Positions 1-7,500 of a DNA stretch of 15,116 nucleotides are shown in pieces. Origin of the DNA: Bacteriovoracaceae bacterium (GTDB taxonomy: Bacteria; Bdellovibrionota; Bacteriovoracia; Bacteriovoracales; Bacteriovoracaceae); the NCBI GenBank assembly GCA_041586955.1, contig JBFGZE010000081.1, forward strand, positions 1 to 15,116, given 5' to 3'. The notes under the pieces were generated by a model. It saw only the letters and a list, made by a program, of their open reading frames with translations. It ran no database searches and was not told the DNA's origin. The translations under genes and the position numbers were made by a program. Position 1 is the stretch's first letter. The number at the start of each line of letters is the position of its first letter.

Positions 1-141
1 CTAAAAATACTTCCTGAAAACTACAGACTGACCGATCTAAACAATTGGCTTTCCTCTCAAACAAGACGGGAAGATGTTTTCAAAAATAAACTAATTCCCG
101 AGCTGAAGGAAAAATTCGACGTTGTAATCTTTGACTGTTCA
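1..141 (+). repeat. Left copy of 141-bp terminal direct repeat (circular assembly overlap)
   Basis: ctaaaaatacttcctgaaaac...tttgactgttca is identical to 14976-15116. Confidence 0.97.
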
Positions 142-534
142 CCAAACTGGAACGAGTTAATTAAAAATGCTTTGTCGTGCTGCGACATGGTTGTTTCACC
201 AGCATCGATTAAAGCCGGCACCTACCAGTGCTTTAATAGATCAATTGCAATGGTTGAGGACTTTTGTGCCGACATCGGAAAAAAGGTAAACGTTGTTGTT
301 CTACCGACCCTTAGAAAGAATACAGTTCTTGCAAGACAAATTGCTGGTGCCCTAGCCACTGATTATGCAGAAGAAATTACCAGTTCAGAAATTAGAGAAG
401 TTGTTGCCGGAGAAGAGGCTAACATTCAGGGCTTAACAGTGTTTGAAAGTTCTCCTAAATCATCTCTTAGCAAAGACTACTTTGACGTCTTTCAGGAAAT
501 CTGGGCGCGACTCAATAAAAAGGACTTAAACTAA
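1..534 (+). CDS. parA: ParA-family partition ATPase, 3' part
   Basis: Frame 1 reads LKILPENY...KFDVVIFDCSPNWNELIKNAL (Walker B), then the ParA-type C-terminus VVVLPT...EANIQGLTVFESSPKSSLSKDYFDVFQEI. Stop TAA at 532-534. Confidence 0.93.
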   Translation, partial: LKILPENYRLTDLNNWLSSQTRREDVFKNKLIPELKEKFDVVIFDCSPNWNELIKNALSCCDMVVSPASIKAGTYQCFNRSIAMVEDFCADIGKKVNVVVLPTLRKNTVLARQIAGALATDYAEEITSSEIREVVAGEEANIQGLTVFESSPKSSLSKDYFDVFQEIWARLNKKDLN

Positions 535-1889
535 TGGCCGGAAAAGACTTTGAAACAAGCTTGAGCAGACATGGGAGACGCACTATTGCAAGAACCGTTG
601 CGACTTCTCGCTGCAATTCTTCCAAGCCTGAGAATATCCTTGACGAAAGAAAAATCAGAAAGAGGGCTCCCGCAAGCATTATTAATAATTACAAAAATCC
701 AATTAGTGAAAATAAGAAGGGCCCTAGAAAACCAGGACCAAAAAAGAAACAAAGTGAAGACAAACTAGAGACGGACCAGAGACAAACTAGAGACAAAGTA
801 AAGGCAAAACCGGAGACAAACCAGAGACAGAGTAAAGACAAGCTAGAAGTAAGGGCAGGGTCGGACAGAGATAAAGTAGAGACAACAGAGTTGAAGCGCA
901 AGCAAAGTGAAGACAAAGTGGAGCCCAAAGTAGAGACGGCACCAGAGACAAAGCAGAGACAAACCGAAGACAAAGTAGAGACAAAACTTCACTTCTCATC
1001 ATTTTCCGATGTCGAAAAACTGCTAATAAGTTTCATATATGAGGACTGCCTCAGTAACGGCTCGCTCAAAACTAACGAGCTGAAAGTTTCGTTCATCGCC
1101 CAAATGACCAGGACCCCCATTGTAACAGTCAAAAAAACGATACAAAGGCTAGAAAAAATAGGCCACCTAGGTCGAGTAAAATTCAAAAATGGTCGCGGAG
1201 GCTGGACTGCTTATAGTATCTCAAAAAACATCTACGATGAAATTCGAGACATTGAAACAAGAGACAAACTAAATACAAAATGGAGACAAAGTAGAGACAA
1301 AGTAGAGCCCAAAGTGGGGACAGAAGTAGAGACAAGCCTCTCTAGTAGTAGTAGTAATATTAAATTAAATACTATTACTACTAGCGACGACTGGGTACAA
1401 GATATCCAGACACCCGAAAATCTCAAAGCTCTTGGATTTGGTGTAGGGCACATTAAACAACTTAAGGAAAAGTTTTCGATATCACCTGATCAGATTCAAC
1501 ACGGTCTAGAAACTTTTGCATACGATTTAGAAAACGGGGAACTTGAAAGACTTAAAGCTCGTGGAGTTCAAAATATTATTGGTTATTTTTTTGGGGCAAT
1601 GAAAAATGGCGGTTATAATTCTGTGAAAGAAGGGTTTATTTCAGCAGAAGAATTGGCAGAACAGGAAATGATTGAACGCCTTGAGAAGAAGAAGCAAGCA
1701 AGAGAAGAACGAAAAAAGAAATTAGAAGAATTATTATTTGAAGAATGGCTTGAGACAAAAACAGAGCAAGAGTTGACTGAGATAGAGAAGCCAGTGCTTG
1801 GCTTTATGGATACGTTACACAGGGCAAGCCTTAGGGGGCATTTTGTCGATAACGAAATGGCAGAATTTAAAGAAAGCGTGGGAATTTAG
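534..1889 (+). CDS. Putative replication initiator (central winged helix flanked by repeat blocks)
   Basis: TAATG coupling to parA. wHTH-like segment VSFIAQMTRTPIVTVKKTIQRLEKIGHLGRVKFKNGRGGWTAYSI. Internal DNA repeats and AT-rich inverted repeat as in lambda O-type initiators. C-terminal helical domain (VQNIIGYFFGAMK). Rep function is inferred. Confidence 0.6.
   Translation: MAGKDFETSLSRHGRRTIARTVATSRCNSSKPENILDERKIRKRAPASIINNYKNPISENKKGPRKPGPKKKQSEDKLETDQRQTRDKVKAKPETNQRQSKDKLEVRAGSDRDKVETTELKRKQSEDKVEPKVETAPETKQRQTEDKVETKLHFSSFSDVEKLLISFIYEDCLSNGSLKTNELKVSFIAQMTRTPIVTVKKTIQRLEKIGHLGRVKFKNGRGGWTAYSISKNIYDEIRDIETRDKLNTKWRQSRDKVEPKVGTEVETSLSSSSSNIKLNTITTSDDWVQDIQTPENLKALGFGVGHIKQLKEKFSISPDQIQHGLETFAYDLENGELERLKARGVQNIIGYFFGAMKNGGYNSVKEGFISAEELAEQEMIERLEKKKQAREERKKKLEELLFEEWLETKTEQELTEIEKPVLGFMDTLHRASLRGHFVDNEMAEFKESVGI
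746..986 (+). repeat. 11-12-bp phased tandem repeats (consensus about GAGACAAAGTA), block 1; candidate iterons or centromere
   Basis: AGAC-type cores start at 758, 769, 780, 791, (802), 814, 825, 836, (869), 880, 911, (922), 934, 946, 957, 968, 979; brackets mark variant cores. Confidence 0.85.
1261..1336 (+). repeat. Same phased repeat, block 2
   Basis: Cores at 1262, (1273), 1284, 1295, (1306), (1318), 1330. Confidence 0.85.
1342..1384. repeat. 15-bp inverted repeat with A/T-only spacer; candidate origin unwinding element
   Basis: ctagtagtagtagta (1342-1356), atattaaattaaa, tactattactactag (1370-1384); one mismatch. Confidence 0.75.
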
Positions 1890-2201
1890 CCAGAAGCCCA
1901 AAAACAACCACGAGCAGGGCGTCAATGAAGAAACCTAACAAAAGCTATGCGCTACTATATTTAAATCAATCTTGGGCCAATCTGAGTCTTCTGAGACATG
2001 ATAAGTTCAAATAAGGAAGCCTTAGGCATGAGTCCTGCACCATTATTGCAACAAATAAGCTAAGAAAGTATCGCAAATATCATCTGGAAATAGCCCTAAA
2101 GACATCTGTCGCTATCTCAAAAATGAAACAAAACCAAGTTATTCATGATCTTCCCTAGATTTTGGTACCTAATGGTACTAGAAGGTGTTTACCTTCCGAA
2201 T

Positions 2202-2239
2202 AAATCAAGTAGCTACGACGGATTGTGGCTACTTGATTT
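2202..2239. terminator. Hairpin, probable bidirectional intrinsic terminator
   Basis: aaatcaagtagc / gctacttgattt perfect 12-bp stem, extendable with G:U pairs. Lies between the convergent rep-like gene and the 58-aa ORF. Confidence 0.55.
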
Positions 2240-2313
2240 TAAAGTGCCTCTAGCAGTGTTGTGTAAGTAAAAGCCTTAAAAGAAGCTTAGATCAATACTC
2301 TGAACTCCAGGTA

Positions 2314-2490
2314 CTAATTCAAAGACGGTTGAATTACTTCAAGCTTAGTATCAGGAAAACAGGCCTTAAGCTCTCCGAGAAAGACGTTAAGGTCAGTCTT
2401 GTCATCGAATCTGTCTACATTCCACCAGCCCTTTTTGTCGGCGCTGGCTGTTGAGTCGTTTAGCTTCTGAGCTGAAATAATTAAATTCAT
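2314..2490 (-). CDS. Small hypothetical protein, 58 aa (not in ORF track)
   Basis: AAGGA upstream of ATG. MNLIISAQKLNDSTASADKKGWWNVDRFDDKTDLNVFLGELKACFPDTKLEVIQPSLN. Hairpin lies downstream. Confidence 0.55.
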   Translation of the reverse strand: MNLIISAQKLNDSTASADKKGWWNVDRFDDKTDLNVFLGELKACFPDTKLEVIQPSLN

Positions 2491-2876
2491 TCGTGATCCT
2501 TTTAGGGTGTGATCCTAGATTAATAGAAGGATTATTCCTCCTAGCATATATTATATAGTGAGGGTGTTATTTTAAGGTTCTTGGTAATTGCTTCTGACCA
2601 CCTGTAGTGGCTTAAAATTAAAGAGTTTTAGTGATAATTTCAGGGAGGTGTGAAATCATCACTTATTTTGGAAAGGGTTCTCGGTTGCCGACTGTAATTG
2701 CTCCAATATCGTGTGAAATCGGAAAATATCAAGCTTTGTATATAAGTCTTAATGCACTACTTGAATTCTGGATAGGGCCAATTAACCTGTCAGACAACAA
2801 GAAAGAGAAGCATGTGTCAGATCAAGTATCAACCGCTACATAAGCTCTAGCTTTTGAGTGAAAGCGCGCGATCGAT

Positions 2877-3011
2877 TTATTTCTTGTTGTTTTTTATTTC
2901 AATCTTACCTTTAAAAAGATCGGCACTAATGTCTTGTTTTTGATTTTTTGCCAAAAAGCTTAGAAAAATAATGAAAAGAATAGAAATAATAAATACAAAA
3001 ACGGTCTTCAT
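2877..3011 (-). CDS. 44-aa single-transmembrane peptide, type I toxin-like
   Basis: AAGGACACCAG-ATG. MKTVFVFIISILFIIFLSFLAKNQKQDISADLFKGKIEIKNNKK: hydrophobic helix plus Lys-rich tail. Confidence 0.55.
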   Translation of the reverse strand: MKTVFVFIISILFIIFLSFLAKNQKQDISADLFKGKIEIKNNKK

Positions 3012-3213
3012 CTGGTGTCCTTATGTTGATGTTCGTTATCTTGTTTAAAAACAATAGCTGCATAAAAACTAGACACTTTTGAAGGCAAAGCATGGCGAAG
3101 TATTTGACACTATAAGAGATTTAAAATGGTTAATATAACGGCTATTCAAAAGCGAAACAAATTAAGGAAGAGGCGTGGCATTTCTCACTGTTCGGTGCGA
3201 GGTGAAGTAAGTC

Positions 3214-3324
3214 ATGTTTTATGAAAATGAAAATGGAAATGGAAAGACCCCCTCAAAAAAAGAAAGCTTTTGTGGTGTCTTTCTAGTCTTATTGGTTTTA
3301 TCAGGATGTTCGATCGAGTACTAA
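3214..3324 (+). CDS. Possible 36-aa peptide ending in a lipobox-like motif
   Basis: GAGGTG 9 nt upstream of ATG. MFYENENGNGKTPSKKESFCGVFLVLLVLSGCSIEY. Confidence 0.25.
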   Translation: MFYENENGNGKTPSKKESFCGVFLVLLVLSGCSIEY

Positions 3325-3332
3325 CTTTTACA

Positions 3333-4253
3333 CTATATCTTTAGGGTTATATTGAAGTCATTTTTTAAGGCATAGCATGCATTTTGCTTGCTCTTTTTGT
3401 TTGCTCTATTGCAAAGTATCACATAGTCCCTTATGTAGCGATAAACGCCTCTTGAGTTTAAAACTTTACGACTACACTTTTCAAATTCTGCAGTTCCTAG
3501 CATTTTCATAGTATTGGTCCACGTGTTTACTTCGAAGTAGTTACATGACTTAGACCCGTGACCATCAATAAAATCGCCAATGCACCAAATTGAGCGGCTA
3601 GTGCTGGAGCCAACTCCTACATATAAAATACAGAAGGGTGAGCTTGAGACAGATTGATAGCTGTAAGATTTCGAAATTAGTTCTCCTACCTCTTTTTTGA
3701 ACTTCTTACTACCCCTAGGTCTAGTTATCCATTTCTTTTCATATTTCTTTTTCTCTTTCTTGAGGTATCTCTCTGTTTTTGTCATTACTTGCTGTATGTT
3801 TTTGATTAAATGACTTTCACTCAGAAATGATCTTAATTTATCACATGGAATTATTTTAAACTTTTGCCCAAGGCCAAAGAGTCCACCGTAACCTTCCCCT
3901 ATCTTGTCCAGAGAAATAGGAAAGCTTTCTTTTTTTCTGTAGAAACAAATTAATTTATCGTCTCCTTTAACTTTCTGAATTTTTTCAACTTTTTGGAAGA
4001 TTGCATTTGCTAGATCAATTCTTTTCATCAAATCAGCACGTTTTTGCATAAACTCTTCATCGCTCATGCTTTCGAGACTGTCTTTTTGAAACAAGAACTC
4101 ATCATTCACTAAGGGCAATAGGTTTTTGTTAATAAAGCTAAGGCTTTCAATATAGCCATATCTCTTAGCTTCATCTTGAGGGTTTTTTGCTATGAGTGGA
4201 TTTACAGTGGTTATTGATATTAAAAATAAAATGATGATGTGAGTTTTTGGCAT
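3333..4253 (-). CDS. Secreted hypothetical protein with 8 Cys
   Basis: 306-aa ORF; signal-peptide-like N-terminus MPKTHIIILFLISITTVNPLIA; family not recognised. Confidence 0.75.
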   Translation of the reverse strand: MPKTHIIILFLISITTVNPLIAKNPQDEAKRYGYIESLSFINKNLLPLVNDEFLFQKDSLESMSDEEFMQKRADLMKRIDLANAIFQKVEKIQKVKGDDKLICFYRKKESFPISLDKIGEGYGGLFGLGQKFKIIPCDKLRSFLSESHLIKNIQQVMTKTERYLKKEKKKYEKKWITRPRGSKKFKKEVGELISKSYSYQSVSSSPFCILYVGVGSSTSRSIWCIGDFIDGHGSKSCNYFEVNTWTNTMKMLGTAEFEKCSRKVLNSRGVYRYIRDYVILCNRANKKSKQNACYALKNDFNITLKI

Positions 4254-4420
4254 GATTAGTTCTTTTTGTAATAATTAATAAAGATTTTCTGCTTAGAGAA
4301 ATAATTCTATCAATAATTGGTATCGATACAAGCTAACTCTAGAAGAGTTAAGAAAAATTGTATTTTAATAGAATCGTTTATAGAAGCTTCCTTGCTGCCA
4401 AGTTTACATATTTTAAAAAG

Positions 4421-4455
4421 TAGATGGGAGTATGAGTTTAGCTCATACCCATCTA
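4421..4455 (-). terminator. Probable intrinsic terminator downstream of 4496-4795
   Basis: tagatgg-ga-gtatgag / ctcatac-ccatcta stem with a 2-nt bulge; followed by cttttt on the minus strand. Confidence 0.55.
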
Positions 4456-4495
4456 ATCGAAAAATTCTAATATTCATATTATGAATTAATTCTAG

Positions 4496-4795
4496 CTACA
4501 GCATTGCCTGATAGATCTTTCCAACTGTAGAGCACGATTTTTTACTGTGCCCTGCTATTGTATAGGTTTTTCCATCCGACCCCAGCATCATGAACCCCCC
4601 CTTGCCACCAAAGGGCTTTACCGTTGCGTTTTTGACTATGAATGAATCGATGGATTTTTGAGAGAGAGTGCACTTGTTAGTGTTCATGTTAAATATCCAC
4701 AACTTCTTTAAGCTCTTAACCTTGGATGAATCATGAGCCTTAACGATATTAAGTGTATTTAAAAATAGTAAGCATACGAGAACTAGTTTTTTCAT
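4496..4795 (-). CDS. Small secreted hypothetical protein
   Basis: GGAG RBS; signal peptide MKKLVLVCLLFLNTLNIVKA; two Cys in the mature part. Confidence 0.75.
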   Translation of the reverse strand: MKKLVLVCLLFLNTLNIVKAHDSSKVKSLKKLWIFNMNTNKCTLSQKSIDSFIVKNATVKPFGGKGGFMMLGSDGKTYTIAGHSKKSCSTVGKIYQAML

Positions 4796-4818
4796 TTAAA
4801 ACAACTCCGGTTTAATAT

Positions 4819-5340
4819 TTATGCAGCGAGTATTTTTTTCTTTTGGCTTTGAAATTCTTCTTCTGTAAGAATACCTTTTTCTTTTAAGTCAGCTAATTTT
4901 AGGAGTTGGCTTGCTGTATCTTCTCCATCATTGCTTGAACCTTGGCTTTTTGTGGCATTATCAATTTGTGTGTTTAATGCCTCAGTAAATGGTCTAACGG
5001 TATTCTTTATGACATTGGAAATGCTCATCTTTGATGATCCATCCCAAATAGTAATTGTTCCAAGCATTAAACCCGTTTTTTGTTCAATTGAATTGATCTT
5101 TTCAAGTGGCGTTTCAACTTGTTTAAGACCATATAGCATTCCTTTATCGAGAAATATGACCCTGTAGTTCGTGCATACAATTAACCATGTATTTCCATTC
5201 ATAAATCCCGATGTAAGGCCTTTTATTGCTTCATTCTGTCTGAGAATTTCCGGAAGATACTTGATTTCCTTTTTTGTCCCCAGCTGATCTGTATGCTCTA
5301 GACTTTTAATTTGATTCTTGATTTCTTCTAGCGTAGGCAT
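4819..5340 (-). CDS. Bacterial PH-domain (YokE/bPH_3-like) protein with C-terminal SHOCT domain
   Basis: GGAG RBS. LIVCTNYRVIFLDKGMLYGLKQVETPLEKINSIEQKTGLMLGTITI is bPH-like. ASQLLKLADLKEKGILTEEEFQSQKKKIL is the SHOCT signature. Confidence 0.9.
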   Translation of the reverse strand: MPTLEEIKNQIKSLEHTDQLGTKKEIKYLPEILRQNEAIKGLTSGFMNGNTWLIVCTNYRVIFLDKGMLYGLKQVETPLEKINSIEQKTGLMLGTITIWDGSSKMSISNVIKNTVRPFTEALNTQIDNATKSQGSSNDGEDTASQLLKLADLKEKGILTEEEFQSQKKKILAA

Positions 5341-5491
5341 TTACATCTCCATAAGTTGACTTTTCTTTTCCGTTGATCGCCTTAATTTAAAATAAAAGTG
5401 AGATAAGTTTTCTTGGATTATTGAATAAGTAGTTATTTAGAGAGCTTACAAAATAATTAAGGATTTTTATATTGTGGGCGATATTGTGAAT

Positions 5492-5740
5492 ATGAAAATT
5501 ATAAACATAATTAGCTTTTGCATTATTTTATTTTCGTTTATAGGTTGCGGGTCTGAGGAAAAAGATGCCAGCGAAAGTTTAACTCGCATTTGCAAGGTGC
5601 CGGTGAAAAGTCACTCCGGTTGTTGTTCAAGTCACGGTGGTTTCAATAATAATAACTGTGAAGCGACTCATTTATTATATGAAGATGGCAACCGTTTAGT
5701 GTGCGACGACGGTGTTGTTTCTCCAACTTGTACATACTGA
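5492..5740 (+). CDS. Small Cys-rich lipoprotein with GCCSxHGG motif
   Basis: Likely start ATG 5492. MKIINIISFCIILFSFIGC lipobox; SGCCSSHGG...LVCDDGVVSPTC. Confidence 0.75.
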   Translation: MKIINIISFCIILFSFIGCGSEEKDASESLTRICKVPVKSHSGCCSSHGGFNNNNCEATHLLYEDGNRLVCDDGVVSPTCTY

Positions 5741-5987
5741 TTCCTGTTTAAATACTAGTTGTAAGTATATGTCTTTTATGTGTGTTTCGATGTTTAGTTA
5801 AGAAAACTTGGGTTTTTTCTTGATAACTTCAGCCGATAAGACAAAAAAGGATGTCTTTATCTTCTATCATTAAAAATGAAGTAGGCATTATGTATCGTAA
5901 TAGAAACACTGATAGCTTTTTTAGAGAAAAATATTTTTTGGTATAAACTTGAAATCTCTGATGAGAAATCAAATAAGGTCGTTGAAT

Positions 5988-7049
5988 ATGGCGTGGTATT
6001 TTAGAAAATCATTGAAGCTTGGTCCTGTAAGACTTAATTTTTCTAAAAAGGGGTTGGGTTGTTCCGTCGGCGTTAAAGGGTTAAGGGTTGGCCAGGCAGC
6101 AACTGGAAAAGAGTATATCCATGCTGGAAGGAATGGTTTTTATTACAGGAAGAGTCTGGGGGGCGCGAAATCAAGCAAAAGTGAAGAGCAAGTTATTGAT
6201 AGCAAGGTAGATAAAGGAAGCGTAATACATACAATAAAGGCTATTTTGTTAAATGACGAGAGTGCGCTTCTTAACCAGCTTAAAAAATCAAAAGAGCAAT
6301 TTCGCCTTGATTACCTTGCTTCGCTCATCTGTTTTATATTGTCATGGGTGCTATGGAGTATTAATAATATCACTGGACTTTTGTTTATAGCAGGAAGTTT
6401 GATTTTAGTGTCAATTGTTGCGTATTTTGAAAGTAAAAGAAGAACTGTCATTATGGATTATGATTTTTCTGAGGCAGAGTATAATAGCTATGAAAATATC
6501 GTTAACTCATTTAACCATCTCGCATCATGTAAGAAGGTGTGGCAGGTCCTACAAAGTAAAGGTATAAGCGGAAAGGATGTTAAAAGAAATGCTGGAGCCA
6601 GCCATCTTGTAGAACGTTTGGATATTCAGTTAGGAGAGGGGCTGCCGCCATGGGTAGAGTCTAATATAAATTTTCCGACGATAAATGGAAAAGATCAAAC
6701 AATTTACTTCCTTCCTGAAGGGGTGCTGATCTATGACAGCAGTGGAATTGGTATAGTGCAATACAAAGACATAGATATCTCTTGTTCTCTTAATAGATTT
6801 ATCGAAGATGGAAATGTTCCTAGTGATTCAACTATTGTAGATTATACATGGCAACATCCTAACAAATCAGGCGGTCCTGATAAGAGATTTTCTAGTAATA
6901 GACAAATTCCGATTTGCTCTTATGGCGGTTTGGATATTACAAGTAAAAATGGTTTTAGAATAATGATATATGCTTCAAATAGTGAAAGTATTGAATTGTT
7001 CTCAAGTGGTTTTGAAAGAGTCATTAGTGTAAAGCCCAGGTCTGCGTAG
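5988..7049 (+). CDS. DUF4236-domain membrane protein
   Basis: N-terminus MAWYFRKSLKLGPVRLNFSKKGLGCSVGVKGLRVG...GFYYRK is the DUF4236 pattern, which places the start at ATG 5988. Two hydrophobic segments; C-terminal WQHPNKSGGPDKRF motif. Confidence 0.88.
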   Translation: MAWYFRKSLKLGPVRLNFSKKGLGCSVGVKGLRVGQAATGKEYIHAGRNGFYYRKSLGGAKSSKSEEQVIDSKVDKGSVIHTIKAILLNDESALLNQLKKSKEQFRLDYLASLICFILSWVLWSINNITGLLFIAGSLILVSIVAYFESKRRTVIMDYDFSEAEYNSYENIVNSFNHLASCKKVWQVLQSKGISGKDVKRNAGASHLVERLDIQLGEGLPPWVESNINFPTINGKDQTIYFLPEGVLIYDSSGIGIVQYKDIDISCSLNRFIEDGNVPSDSTIVDYTWQHPNKSGGPDKRFSSNRQIPICSYGGLDITSKNGFRIMIYASNSESIELFSSGFERVISVKPRSA

Positions 7050-7139
7050 AGAGGATCACTTGGGGCAAGAAAGAACATTAAACTTCATGTCGAGAGATGT
7101 TCTTTGCTTAATCGAGCGAGTTTAAAGGGAGGGAGGAAA

Positions 7140-7442
7140 TTGGCAAATCTAGATACTTTAGAAGAGTGGCACCTAACTCCTGAAGGGTGGAGGAAAAATA
7201 CTTTAAAATCCAGAAACAGAGATAAGAAAAAGGATATTGGAGTACCAGCGGACAGGTATTTAACAATCCAATGCTGGGAATATGAGAGAAGTAACTGGAG
7301 CGCTTTGACAGGCGGTTGTGATTACTCATTTATATCAAATGATAAAAAGACTTTAGGGAAGCTCATTCAAAGCTACGGAAATGCTCCAAAAAGATATTTC
7401 AGCAAATTTAAGAACAGAGATCCATTAAACTTAAGGAGCTGA
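7140..7442 (+). CDS. Hypothetical protein with N-terminal EWHLTPxGW motif
   Basis: Strong GGGAGG RBS just before TTG at 7140; 100 aa. Confidence 0.7.
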   Translation: MANLDTLEEWHLTPEGWRKNTLKSRNRDKKKDIGVPADRYLTIQCWEYERSNWSALTGGCDYSFISNDKKTLGKLIQSYGNAPKRYFSKFKNRDPLNLRS

Positions 7443-7500
7443 TTCTATATGGATTTTTAAAGGGTTTCTCAAACGGATCAAGTGAAGGTTTAAAATTCTT

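Noticed and set aside
172..534. 120-aa ORF as a separate gene
   Set aside because: It is the C-terminal part of parA, which starts at 14508 across the junction.
746..1336. CRISPR array
   Set aside because: Units are 11-12 bp without unique spacers, lie inside a CDS, and no cas genes are present.
531..1453. Alternative-frame and antisense ORFs over the rep-like gene (531-752, 571-768, 689-973, 787-1002, 989-1186, 1232-1453)
   Set aside because: Best explained by stop-poor repeats and antisense shadows. The 534 start has TAATG coupling and an open frame.
1890..2200. Short ORFs of 20-29 aa on both strands downstream of rep
   Set aside because: Too short, with no convincing RBS or composition.
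2631..2843. 70-aa plus-strand ORF
   Set aside because: GTG start without an RBS, no recognisable features, and overlap with a hairpin better explained as RNA structure.
4472..4486. attcata-t-tatgaat palindrome as a XerCD dif site
   Set aside because: It lacks the 11-6-11 layout and a proper XerD arm.
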